A stretch of DNA of 50,422 bases, the filler included, from Sphacelaria rigidula (lineage: Eukaryota), in NCBI GenBank assembly GCA_964200075.2. It is 3 parts of 3 records of this genome, joined end to end, with 100 filler letters (N's around TTAATTAATTAA, not from the genome) between each part and the next. Parts side by side here need not be neighbours in the genome. Positions count along the whole stretch, not along the records: positions 1 to 16,746 come from CAXNAA020001267.1; positions 16,847 to 33,586 come from CAXNAA020001268.1; 1 more part is not named here. The stretch is one strand, 5' to 3'. The position numbers and the translations under genes were made by a program. Each line of letters begins with the position of its first letter. The first letter of the stretch is position 1. The notes under the pieces are model-generated. The model did not search any database and had not been told where the DNA came from. It saw only the letters and a list, made by a program, of their open reading frames with translations. Positions 10,176 to 21,974 of the stretch are shown one piece after another.

Positions 10176-12454
10176 CTATGCGACTGTAGCCAACTCGCTG
10201 TTTAAACGGGACACTATAGAGGCGGGAAGGAGCGCAGTCGGTGACTACCCAATTCACCTCAATAAGGAGCGTTGCCCCCTCCCATGTCACCATCCATCTC
10301 GTCTCTGCCGGCCTCATATATATTTTTTGTCACATTTGTCCAACTTCGTCCCTTACGAGATTTTGAAATTAGGGGAAAATTGACGGTGAAGGTGTTGATC
10401 TGGACAGATTGTACCAGACCGTGCCCAAGCCACTGACAAGATGGGATTCCTCCCACTCATGTCATGACCCTGACCCCATCAAGCCCATGAAAAATTCACT
10501 CTCCAATCCGGCAGCCACAGGTATGTGTGGGACACGCAGTGCGCAGCCGATCCGCACAGCTTGAACCGCTTCATCGTCGACATCATCAACATCGTTCTCA
10601 GTAGTTTCCACACGCGCGACGCTGCTGCTCATGGCTTCCAATTTTTCATACTTTCTCGTTCTAGCACGATGTCAGGCGCGCCTTTCACTGCAGTTACATT
10701 GGTGTGTGGCGGCCACAACTGTTGCCGTTCGTGTTCTTGTCTTGGTATCTTCGCAACGGCGGTAAAAATGGGGTGGCAGCTCGGGGGCGTGTGCTTCTCG
10801 AGTAGTATAGCAGCTGAACACTATTATAGTGCACCAAGATTTTCCAGCCATTGATCTGGAGCGAGTTATCCGGAGGAACAATATAATCTCAACACCGGCC
10901 ACTCACAGGCTTGAAGATACCTACCATGTTTATAGTACATTTCATATGAGCCAGGTCGTTGCTTCTAGGTGACGCGTGTATTTTTTATTGATATGATTCG
11001 CCCGATTACGGTCTAGTTCTTCCGCATATAGCATTCGCGATTCATTCTCCCGGAATATAGTACCCAAAATCGCCCCCTATTCCCATCCATAACTGTAGTG
11101 AACAAGATTTGACCAAGGTGTAGTACAGACAGCACTACACTGTCCTTCCTGTCTCCAAACAAAAGGGTGTAAAAAATAAGTGCAGTACAGACAACACAGA
11201 CTGTACTGTCTGCACGCATCAAGCTGTAAAACAGATTTGAACAACGTGCAGCACACACGGTACAAATTGCCTGGTCTGTCTCTCTATATAGTATGAATGT
11301 ACACATGGAGTATTAGAGTGCAAACCAGAAGTGGACACCGTGCAGTACAGATAGTACAGTTAGGGATGCGAATCGGGAGAGGGGGGAGGGGGGGTTAGCC
11401 CCTCAAAAGTGTACGGACTGTTCGACAGCATTTCCGACCATAAACAATTCATCTTGTCCCCTTTGCTAACCGTGTTGATACGCTTGATTTTTTTTACAAC
11501 ATCCTTTGAATGGAGAAATCGTGCGTTCAGACGACGCCCTCCCTATTCAGACGCTACATACACCTCCACACCGTTGATACGGAGTGGGCTGATACCTACT
11601 TTTCAAGTGCGTTTAAAGCGTACCCTCAAAACGTGCAAAAAAAAGGTCATTTTCTGCTTTATTTTGATGAGCGCGGGACATTTCCTGTAGAAGGGGTGAC
11701 AGCGTTCTGCATTCGGATTTGAAGCACATGACGCGAAAAACAGCGCTCTGATGGCACACGTCGCTGAGGAGAACTGGAGTGCCAAAGTTGCTTCCTCGAA
11801 AGAATATCCCGACCAACCCACCGTCCTCAACAAAAGCTGACGGGAAAAAAACACAGAGGGGTCTAGGAGGGAAATCTCGGAGGAGAGATCTGAGTGAGAG
11901 TATGTTCTCTTCGGTGCGTGCGTGCATCCATATATAGTGCACTTTTGACAAATTATAAATAGAAAGGCGCTGCCGCTTGTGTACCTAGTCGCACAGTGAA
12001 CCCAACGTAGAGAGCGTGGCGTGTACAGAAAAAAAAAAAAATCATGGTGATGGTATTATGCTCTTCTGTTCTGTAGTCGTGTCGAGTCTATTGGTATCAC
12101 CATGTGTGCCATACCTGCCATACCGTTTTTGCAGCATCCGCCCGCTGTGACAATGCTTGAGCTTTGTTTCTCGGGAAAATGTGGGGCAAGTGTCACCCCC
12201 GGGGTGGGTGATATGCAATGGTATAGTTTTCACTTGCAAAATGAATGTAAGGCCCAGATGACCCACCCTGGCAGTCTAAGGGTTCACTTTTAGAAGTTTT
12301 GACAGGAGGAGGTCTCGGTCTCCAAAAGGTTGGTGTAGTCTGATCGTTGGTGATACCCCATCAGTGAAGAGAAGGGGCGCAGCGGGGGGAAGAGAAAAGA
12401 CAAAACTGTACTACTGTACTGCCTTGTACTTACTGCCTTGTACTGTACAGTGCG

Positions 12455-12680
12455 TTTTAGTTCGGCTTACATGTCGCCACCGGTTAAGGCGGGGTTGAGG
12501 ATTCGAATCCCAGCAGATACGTTTTTTTTTAGGGACTATCTGGTTTCAGTCGTTGGAAACATGTTTCCGTGAGCAGCAAAGATTGTGACGAAAGCGGACC
12601 GGATGCTGGAGTGCTGGTCCACTCCGTGAAGGCAAGATGTCACGCATGAACCGGGCGAGAGATGGGTTGATCCTTTCAGA
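12455..12680 (+). mobile_element. tRNA-derived SINE-like element
   Basis: B-box GGATTCGAATCC at ~12499; body (ggagtgctg.tc.actcc, gagagatgggttgatcc) matches the reverse complement of 45270-45520. Confidence 0.7.
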
Positions 12681-12949
12681 CTAACATCTCGTTCCGAGAA
12701 AGGGTAGGGCTTAACAAAGCGGCGAAAAGGCGAAAAGCAGCGGAAACGAGTACGATCACACATGAACGAATATATGACCACCGAAGGCCACCCTCTTTTT
12801 CAACCCTTATGCGCTCGAAATGTCAGTTGCGCTATGTCTGCCCAATCATATCAAAATTACTCGTGAATGCAGGTATGTACTGTACAAAGCTCTGCCTGGA
12901 TTATATCTGCGCAACTGTTTTGTACTGTACGCAACGACTTCCGTCACAG

Positions 12950-13051
12950 GTGAAGACCACGGTCTGCGGATTCGCCGAGAAGCTCCTCATGGAGGGAAAG
13001 CCGCAGAATGCTACGCGGCTGCTCCAGCTGTCGTCAAGATTGAGCGGAAAG
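12950..13051 (+). CDS. GCP5: GCP5 exon 2 (VKTTVCGFAEKLLMEGKPQNATRLLQLSSRLSGK)
   Basis: CACAG acceptor, AAG|GTGCGT donor, phase 0/0; continues the GCP5 N-terminal similarity. Confidence 0.8.
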
Positions 13052-13664
13052 GTGCGTGGAAGGCGACACAGACGCACGATGCATGGGTGTGTTTCCGGTC
13101 TGTGTTGCCGAGTGCACCCACGCCGACGGGCTCTCGAACCGAAATATCATGCGAAGGGCGAGCTTATGAGCAAACAACAATTGGTGCCGAGCGTCTTCTG
13201 AAAAGGGGCCGGTACACTCGCAGTCGTATTCATGATATTGAAACAAGACATATCCGTTGTTCACACCGTACTTGAAAATCCTCGAGCCGTGGACAGTTTG
13301 GTTCCCATCACCCCCCCCCCGCGCGCGCGCGTGTCCTCTTGTTCTTCCTCCCCCTCTTTCACTCACATATTTTGGTTGTCAGTTATCCAAGAATCGTGAA
13401 TCAGTAAATGTCCTGGCAACCCCCACAACGCCTGTGTGATAATGACTCTCGGTTTCATGTTCGGGCAACTACACTATTCCCTCGATCGCGTACCGTATCA
13501 CGCTTGTCCGCAATGCACTCCCGACACTACAGTAAGATTTCCTGATGCTTGGCACACACCTCAGCTGCATTTTCAAGTCTCTTACCGCCCACCCCCCTTC
13601 CTGAATCTGTCATCACGCAAAGCTTATGCGAGTTGAAGGCTACGACATACCCATGTCTGCAAAG

Positions 13665-14175
13665 GCAGCAGCAGATGGGTTCGACGGGGGTAGGAGGCTT
13701 GACCACCCCTTCGCAGCGCTCGCGCTTATTCTGGCTCTGTCGGGCTCGCCGACGTACGCAGTGGGTGATGACAATGGAATAGTTTATACTGCCGAGGGCC
13801 CGGTGGAGTCCGGAGGCGATAGAGCGGCTGCCGAAGGGATGGGTCGGCGTTACGATGATCGTGATGAAGCGGGTGGAGACGTTGGCGATTTGTTGGGCGA
13901 TTCGTCCAAGCTTTGGAGCACTGACAGCGAAGAGGAAGCGGAAGAGGAAGAAGAGGTTGGAGGAGGAAACGGGGAGGGGGCAGGGGCGTATGTCGATGAT
14001 ATCGTGGGTCGAGTACCTTTGCAGAGCGGGGGCGGCCCCGCGGTGCGGCGGGAGGCGGGCGATGGTGACGATGACGAGGAAGGCGAGGGAGAAACGACGC
14101 AGCAGTGGCTGCAGGCGTTCCAAGATGAGCTAGACGAGGAGGCAACGAGCGGCGAAGACAGTGCCCACACGGATG
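13665..14175 (+). CDS. GCP5: GCP5 exon 3 (HPFAALALILALSGSPT plus acidic linker)
   Basis: LxLLLxLSxSP motif of GCP N-terminal domains followed by an acidic low-complexity stretch; G|GTGAGT donor, phase 1; acceptor position approximate. Confidence 0.75.
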
Positions 14176-14400
14176 GTGAGTGCACGAGTACGAATGTTAA
14201 TTGCTTTCGGAGTACCGATCACGATATATTCCGTCATGTTGCACGCCTGAAACGTCAATATGCCATGACACACCTGTTGGAGAGTCATGCTTGCTCCCAA
14301 TTCGAACCTCTACGGCGCAGCTGAGCCAAATGGGCAAGATCTAAGAAAACACACGCCCTCGTGTGATGCTTGCCCTTCGCCACCGACTATCGGTTCGCAG

Positions 14401-15137
14401 ATGAGGGATACGGCAGCGGCAAGAGCGAGACAAGGAGCTATTCGACCGCGAACAACACTCCACTTATGTTGGTGCAATGTTCACGTTCTACCGGCTCAAG
14501 GGGTGGTCCGAACAAGCTTCACGAGGTTTCCGTTGAGCTAGACCACTACGATCTCGGCGGAATCCGCCACAACTTTGGTGCAACTTGTGTTGGAGCCGAC
14601 CTCCGTACTCTAGGCGGCGGGTTAAATACTAGGAGTAGCCCTCCGCCGTTTCTTCGCCCGTGCCAGACGTTAGAAGCTTATCAGTACACCCGACCACCTC
14701 GCGCCGTGAGGCGCCGATGCATCCCCGAAGCCGAGGTGGCTCGCGCAGCTCTGCACATGCTGCAAGGTTTGGGCGGGGAGATATTCGAATTAGTTTCAGA
14801 CAATGGCAACGGCGATGCTTGCGGTACATCAGACCGCCGCGGGTTCAAGCGGTTCGCCCTCAGTGATTTTGCTGTAAGGGACCTCGGGGTTGCCAGTCTT
14901 TCTCCGGCGGCTCTGTCCAGTGTGCTCGACGAATTCGTCAGCTTGGGGTGTACGGCACAGTATCTCAGGGATTTCATCGCGGACGCCGCAAATTCAGCTT
15001 TGTATGCGGCACGATCGCCGTCTGTGGTATCAGCAGCAACAAGAGGACGAGCTCCGAATTCTGCGGCAGCTGACAACGGGACGCCACGTCTCATTCCTGG
15101 TCGAAGGGCATCCAGCAAGCATGGACATACGACGCAG
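14401..15137 (+). CDS. GCP5: GCP5 exon 4 (start of GRIP1 domain)
   Basis: IPEAEVARAALHMLQG and SLSPAALSSVLDEFVSLG...LRDFI are GRIP1-type motifs; CGCAG acceptor phase 1, CAG|GTGTGC donor phase 0. Confidence 0.85.
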
Positions 15138-15463
15138 GTGTGCGCTTGTAGACGCTGCACGACTCAGAAATTGGAGTGTGCGGTATTCTTCTCTACTCTA
15201 TTGGTACATGTGGCGGACAATGACCGGTTAGCCTCGCTCTATGAACATTGGATGCTACAGCGCTCAAAATCCTCATGTTTTTTGCAGGGTCCCCGTCCTT
15301 GCACCTGCAGTGCTTGTTGTTCATTCCGACAAGGCCCGTTCAGTTGTCACAGTCATATAACGGAGTACACAATCTAGGACATGATATGCAACATGTACAG
15401 GCCGGAAAACAAGGATTATACCAAACGTGCGACCCCCTTCCCTGGACTCTTGTGTTCTCGTAG

Positions 15464-16440
15464 GCTTTTGTGGCGTGCGTGCGTCGACAGCTGGAGGCTT
15501 TCGAAGGCGCTGTCGGGCGTCGAGATCGCTGGCTTTACCGCCGGCAGCGCGGACTGGATGAAGAGCGAGGGCAACTATGTTCAGAAGAACATGATCTTTA
15601 TCGTGAGAGACAGCATCATCTACACCGACGACAGGATGCGCATGAGCCATGTAAAAAAAGCGGCGGAGACAAGAGACAGGGGGCGGCAGGAAGTGGGGAG
15701 ACGCTTCTGGGGCTGTTAGACTTGCTGCGCGTAGAAGCCGAGAGCCTGCAGCTCACCCGGCGGTTGGTCTCGACCGGGGCGGGGTGGTGGATGGAAACCT
15801 CGGCAAGTGAAGGCACGCAATCCTCCGAGAGATCAACTGGCAGCTTGCGGCAACGAACAGGCAAGCTGTTAGCGTCCTTGCACGACGCATTGGTAGAGGG
15901 CGCGCTTGTCAGCCGGCCGCTCCGATCACCTGCTCCGGGGACTGGCGACGGAGAAGCTGTGTCATGGGGAGCAGAAGCATGCAGCCGTGCGGCGACGGCG
16001 TCAGCCACAGCGACACCTCGGCAGCGAGGCTGGCTGCTCGCTGTTTTTTGCGAAGTGCTCGCGCCTTACCTACGCCTGATGGACCCCTGGATCACTGAGG
16101 GAAGGATCGAGGACCCGCATGGCGAACTATTTTTCTCGCAGATTGGTGTTGGTGGTGGCGCTGCTCCCGGCGGGGTCGGTCATGCTGCACCGCGTCAGGA
16201 CCACCGGCTCGTTCGGCTTGGTGCGGTAGCAGAAGAGAAGGTACCAGCTGATCCAGTGGTGCACGTGTGGGACACTGGAATCGTGTTGCACGAGAAAGCT
16301 CTGCCCCGTTTTCTGGCCCCTCTGGCATCCGTCGTGGCCTTGGCCGGGCAGGATATATCTCTCATGCGCAGGGTGCGGGCACTGGTTGCTGCCATGCCCA
16401 AACCTTACCTTGCTGCCGCGATCGGACGACCCGCTCCAAG
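15464..16440 (+). CDS. GCP5: GCP5 exon 5 (GRIP1 domain); remainder of the gene is absent from this contig
   Basis: LAPYLRLMDPWITEGRIEDPHGELFF and LPRFLAPLASVVALAGQDISLMR are characteristic GCP motifs; CGTAG acceptor. Donor is either AAG|GTGAGC (16440) or AGG|GTGCGG (16372). Confidence 0.88.
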
Positions 16441-16746
16441 GTGAGCTACGTTGGTCTTCATGAAATTATCATGCTGTAGTCCGAAGATGATCTTACAATC
16501 TGGCGCAAGTCCTGTCACTGGTGAATAAATTGGACGACGGGACGGGGGGATACACTTGTCAAGGCAAAGAATCACGGGCTTCGATGATCGCGCTTCAAGC
16601 TTCTTGCTTGCCGTATTCTTTTTGAAGAGTTTGGCGGAAGCGACGCACGTGTCCCGACGTACCGCAAAGCTGTGCTCCAGAGACGTTGAAACGCGATATC
16701 GCTTCTCAACGCGCCTCTCTCGCCCCGAATACCCTTATCCCCCCCC

Positions 16747-16846
16747 NNNNNNNNNNNNNNNNNNNNNNNNNNNNNNNNNNNNNNNNNNNNTTAATTAATT
16801 AANNNNNNNNNNNNNNNNNNNNNNNNNNNNNNNNNNNNNNNNNNNN
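16747..16846. other. Artificial contig spacer (N44-TTAATTAATTAA-N44)
   Basis: 100-bp N run containing a six-frame stop linker. Confidence 0.97.
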
Positions 16847-19178
16847 GTCGGTGCTTTCAACGACGATCTGATTCGAAATTTCCACCAACAAATGGCCCAA
16901 AATACCCCCCTCCCCCCCTATCGTAGGATGACTCTTCATACAAAATATTCTTGTTCACTCGTATTCTTTATCGCTCCGTCCTATGCTCTCTCACGTTGTT
17001 CACCAGCTATAGCAGTGCTTCGCGATCAGCTCCAGATCGCAAGTAATCGAAGTGGGTCAGAAAGAGTACTGCCTGGACCTTTTATCAGTCTCGTATCCAT
17101 CCTAGTTCAGGCTTGATCAGACCCGTAACTATAAAATCCGAGATTTGAACATAAACGCCTCCTATAGCTGCATGACACTCGCCCATCCAGACGAACCTCA
17201 ATTACGTTTGCGATGAGAAATCTCGAAAAGCAACGAAAATCGAGTTTTTTCTCCACGTCAAGTCATGAGCAACAAGGAAGGCGAACTCAATGCTATAAAA
17301 GCGCTCGGCCATAGTGGCTACGAAAAAGAAGGTACATCCCATACGACGAGGGCAACATCCACTCCGTTGCCCGATCCTCCCACACCTCAAACAAGGTAAG
17401 CGAAATCTACTACCGAAAAGCGCAAGCGCGCTTGAAGACGCAGGAGCACACAATGCTGCTGCGGGCTAGCGAACTCAACAGACGAACATAAACATGCTTT
17501 GACGTGCTAGCCAAAATGAAGAGGCAAAAGGGAAACATACCAGGGGTACAACGTCTACGTGGGTGGTACCAAAGTCAACCGCCGAAAGGTCAATCACATG
17601 CGGCGGGCACATGGCGGCTGAGGAAAGCAAAGGAATCAGCAACTCCAAGACTGCAAGCGGTCCAGCGCTAGTCATGCAAATCAAGAGCCGAAATGCGAAT
17701 CGCTCCAGTAGCCGAGGATGAAGGTGCGCTAGGCAAGGTCCATTCGTGGTCGGACGTTGTGCGCTGAGGAAGCTCTGATTGCAGGCTGTTGAAGGAGTTG
17801 GCGGACGGCACCGGTGTGTCCTGAGTGATGGGAGAAGGGGAAATGATCTAAAATACAGCGACAGAGGAAGAGAAGAAAAGAAAAAGGAAGGATGTCAAGG
17901 CGGGGGAGGGAAGAGGTCCGTGCAAGTTCAAAGCGGTGCGTTGACATCGTGTGCGCGATCGATGTTATGTTGAATTCCGCTGCGGAGGCCTTTGGACTTG
18001 TGTCGCTGAAGACACCAAGATCCTTTCGGTGTGGATAGACTTGTGGTGTAAAGCTGTGTGCGGAGTTTGAGGTGTACGGATCCGGGGTCATCGATGAAGC
18101 GCACGATGCATGTGTCAGGCGCAGTGCGGTCTACGGAGTTGGTCTGGCCCAACCACCAGAGGTGGTCGCTACCTTTGTATCACAAGTAAGCGCCTTTGGG
18201 GAGGACTTCCTGTTTCGGGCGAATCTTTCCTTCCCAATGTTTGGTGGCTACTAATTCATAGCCATCAGCGACAAAGCGTAAAACTTTCTCAAGGTGGAGT
18301 TCACGTGCTGCTGCGCCGCGGCGCATGTTGCGATATTCCTTGTTGTTAGCAAGATGTTGCTGTTGAAGTTGTGTCCAGTACAGGAGAATAGCTCGGCGGT
18401 GCAGCTGAAGATCGGATTCGCGTTCCCAAGACGCTCTCCGAAGACCTTACCAGTGAGTTTTGTACATCACAGCAATCTTACCGCCTCTACCGCGGGGGAT
18501 CTGGTGACCAGAGATGTGGGACACCGCGAGACGAAGGGATTGTTCCGTCACGTCGTCGGTAGTAACGTGAGAAGGGGGTGATTTGGTCGAATAGCTGTTA
18601 AGTACGTACTACGTAAGACCGGCAGGCAGATATTTGGGCATGTCTCTAGTGTCATGCGGATTGATGCACGGTTTACAACTGTGCACAGAGACGCGAGATT
18701 TGGCGTCATGTCCCTGAAGATCGCGAGGGAGATCGAGATAAAGAAGTTTGTCGCCAACAGGTTTGCCATCAGGTGATGATGGCGAGGACCCTACGATCAG
18801 AATCTTGAATGGTCCTGTCCAGTTGAGGGATAGCTTAGTCTTCAAGACTGTCTCGTTGGCAGCTCTGTCGGCGCCTTGGCAATTGGTTAACAAACTGTTG
18901 TAAACCCAGACCCAATCGCCAACCTTCCAAGTAGGTCGTTTGTGCATCAGATTGTAGAGAGCATTATTAGATCTCTCAAGACGCGAGGCGTTGATAGCGT
19001 GTTGTTCACGCACGAGGGTGAAAGCTTTGCGCTGGCGTGCACGCGCCAGGTCATGGTAGGATATCTGATCCTGATCCAAGACTTGGTGGCCATCGAACGT
19101 GTGTCTCTCAAACATGGTGATGGGCAAACGCGGGTAGCGGCCGAGATGTAAGTCGTTCGGAGAAAGACCGGTGGCAGC

Positions 19179-19389
19179 TGTAATGCGTGAGAGGACCGCG
19201 TGCTTTAAGGACCGCATCGGGATTTGAACATCCCTATGGTAAGTGTTAGGGTTAGGGTTAGTGTTAGGGTTATGGTCAGGGGCGTGGTACTTGCAGGGAC
19301 TGGTCCGATTGGTTTTGAAAAACGTCGATCCTGGGGTGCTTTGAACTACGGCGCGGTCCTCTAAGCACGCCGTCCTCTCACACATTACT
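19179..19389. mobile_element. 211-bp TGT-ended MITE with internal (TTAGGG)n tract, copy 1
   Basis: ~35-bp imperfect TIRs, 5-bp TSD GCAGC (19174-19178 / 19390-19394); removal restores integrase NAATG. Confidence 0.92.
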
Positions 19390-19531
19390 GCAGCGTTGAC
19401 GCAGTTGTTATAAGACAACATGACATGTGAGAGATGGAAATCCCAATCGTTTTGTCGATCGTTGACGACCATAGACAGCATCTGGGCCATGGTGTGGTCA
19501 ACTCTTTCAGTACCACCGTTACCATTAGGAT

Positions 19532-19742
19532 TGTAATGCGTGAGAGGACCGCGTGCTTAGAGGACCACGCCGTAGTTCAAAATACCTCAGGATCGACGTT
19601 TTCCAAAACCAATCGGGTCAGTCCTTGCAGGTACCACACTCCTGACCCTAACCCCAACACTAACCCTAACCCTAACCCTAACTTTAGGGGTGTTCAAATT
19701 TCGATGCGGTCCTCTAAGCACGCGGTCCTCTCACGCATTACA
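19532..19742. mobile_element. 211-bp TGT...ACA MITE with internal (CCCTAA)n tract, copy 2 (opposite orientation)
   Basis: Perfect 35-bp TIR TGTAATGCGTGAGAGGACCGCGTGCTTAGAGGACC, 5-bp TSD AGGAT (19527-19531 / 19743-19747); removal restores integrase YHPNGNG. Confidence 0.95.
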
Positions 19743-21792
19743 AGGATGATAAGCGCTCGTAGCTATCTTTCGAATGCCCAGGAGCGTATACAGTTCGTCC
19801 GAGAGATCGGAGCACAATTGCTGACCATTGTCGGAGAGAAGTCGTTTCGGATAACCGTAGTGCTTGATAAAATCGTCAACTAAGATGTTGGCTGTGCCTG
19901 CGGCTGTGAAGTCTCCAGCCGTGACTGCGTACATGGCTGCGTGACGGCTGAAACGGTCGGTAAAGAGTAAGGTGTAGATGTTTCCACGATCAGTGGGCGG
20001 TAAAGGACCGAAATAGTCGAAAGACACGAGGTGACCAGAAGCGTTGGGAAGTGCCGTCGTCAGGTGGAAGCGTGCTGCAGAACTCGCTGCGCGGAACGAA
20101 CAGTAGAAAACGCCCCGTTGAGGCAACTGTGGGTGCACCTATACGATACTGTAGGCTACTGCAAAATCATTTAAGCGGATGAATAGCAAAACGACTCACG
20201 TAAACAACAAGTGCGAAACAAGCTACAGGAAGATGGGGAAACATTAAGTAGAGGGCAGTACAGGCAGTATACCCCCCGGGACCCGTCGGTGTTGGGCGTT
20301 GTCACTGTAGGGTTCTGTGTTGGCAGTTTTATTTTCGATCGAAAAAATGGCGCGGTGGAATCGATCTGAGCCAAAATTTCACATTTCGATGGAGCTGGGT
20401 CCAGATGAATTTTCAAGCTTTCGATCCAAAAAATACGATGAAGGTCGTGAAGCGGCACATGGTCGCTCGTGTACAGTACAGGCAGTCTGTACTGTCCGCA
20501 CTGCTTGCAAGCACGGTGTCTTGACTGCGAGTGTGTGTATTTCGTGCAGTAGGATACAAAGGAGAAGCCGGTAACGCGCAGTGCAGACAGCCCAGGACTA
20601 TCGGTTCTCTCTGCCTACAATGCGACGTGAGGAAGACTTCCGCAACGCGCAGCTCTGTACGCCCTGCACTGTCCATGAGCGTGCACGCAACTCGGTTGCC
20701 CTTCGTATCACGGAGTTCCGCCGCTGATATCCACCATGAGAGTAGATGCGCAAGGTTTCGCCAACAAAAACTAAGCAATCCCCCCCCCCCAGCCACTGTT
20801 GTGTATCTTTCCCTGTGCTGAACTCGTGCTCTATGCCGCAGGGGGTCGAGAGCAGCTGATAACGAGTTGGATGGAGTTTGCATGGTCCCGTGACAAGGTG
20901 TTATTTGGGCTGGTGGGCTGTAAGATAGGAGACAAGCGTCCCTTAGTGCCTCTCGATAGCGTGGTTTCGATAGAAAACGATTTGTTTTTTCCTCGTTACA
21001 TTCTTCTCCGCGCGACGCTTAAAATAATTTTAAGGTGAGGCATGCAAGGAACATTAATGCCGTGCACCTATCAGATCGGCAAAAACAAACGCCCGCATTT
21101 TTTCGATCGAGTTAGTTTTAGCCAAGTTACGCCCTACACAGAAGTTCGTATAGGGAGACGTTCCTGGCACCAACGCTAAAACCCCGTCGCTTGTATCCGT
21201 CCAAACATGTTGATCCTGCATTGCAAAGGTATGAACAAGGCCACCTCGACTATAGTAGAGCAAGTGCTCGCCGACGAGCTGGCGTGGTATAGGTCTTTAG
21301 TTCAGGCGGAACAAGTGAAAGACAAATCGCTGGGGATGACGGCTCTATGCACGAAACTGACGAAAGCATTCCAGGCGGAAAGTGCCCTCTTTCCATGCTT
21401 TTGATGACGAGAACCGCATTAGCCGGAGACATGAGCCTGCAACCTTATACCACCGTGGTTGCTTAATCTCTAATGCTTGCAAGGTTGTATCTCTGTACCG
21501 TGCTTGTAGCCTTACACTACTCTGCTTGCGGAGCACAGCCTGTTCTTCTCACCCCGCACTACTGTGCTTGCAGAATGATACTCGTGGACACTTCTGTACC
21601 CTACGGTGACACCCGGCACTGCGCAGTGCGACAGTGATGCAGGTGGGCTCCCGAAACGACTAATAGGACCACTATTGATGGCAACCAACCCGTATTTGCG
21701 GAAATATTAGGATTTCAGCCCGGTGATAGCCGTCTTTCTCCCGTGGATTGATTTTTCGGACCCGCAGTCCGTTGGGCAATATTTTTCGTCTC

Positions 21793-21954
21793 TCTGAGGA
21801 AACCAGATCGATTCTCCGATTCTCTGGGCGCTGGGTTTTGGTAATCTGGGGCCCAAATCGGGGGAAATGCGGGAGTCTCCCGATCTGAACAAAAAGGCGA
21901 TGAAAAACGTCAGCGCCCAGAGAATCAGAGAATTGATGATCTGGTTGCCTCAGA
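21793..21954. repeat. Inverted repeat (probable MITE) abutting the Gypsy 5' LTR
   Basis: ctgaggaaaccagatc..ttctccgattctctgggcgctg vs cagcgcccagagaatcagagaa..gatctggttgcctcag. Confidence 0.65.
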
Positions 21955-21974
21955 CTCAGAGCCAGGCAAAGAAC

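Larger units (their letters stand above)
17928..20075 (-). pseudogene. Gypsy integrase-chromodomain coding remnant interrupted by two MITEs
   Basis: ORF pieces 19731-20138, 18609-19490 and 17928-18152 join into one frame once the two insertions are removed and three stops are read through. Confidence 0.85.
16847..20080 (-). mobile_element. 5'-truncated, decayed Ty3/Gypsy retrotransposon (integrase, chromodomain, 3' UTR, probable 3' LTR starting TGT at 17177)
   Basis: Integrase motifs SFDYFGPLP, TDRFSR, LLSDNG, SAYHPNGNGGTE, WTGPFKI; chromodomain-like YKTHW*GLRRASWERESDL; in-frame stops; GGATGGGCGAG|TGT junction. Distal LTR end not located. Confidence 0.85.

Noticed and set aside
10635-10665. 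QFFILSRS resembling the missing AP-4 mu N-terminus
   Set aside because: No in-frame start, no downstream GD/FRK motifs, lies inside a GCP5 intron on another segment.
16791-16802. TTAATTAATTAA as a piggyBac target or biological motif
   Set aside because: Embedded in Ns and repeated identically at 33631; artificial linker.
19179-19394. Telomeric MITE as an introner (GTAATG...TTACAG on the host strand)
   Set aside because: Splicing at these sites would leave 5 extra nt (frameshift), and copy 2 has no terminal AG on the host strand.
19239-19682. True chromosome end or telomere fusion
   Set aside because: Tracts are short, degenerate and enclosed in TIR elements with TSDs.
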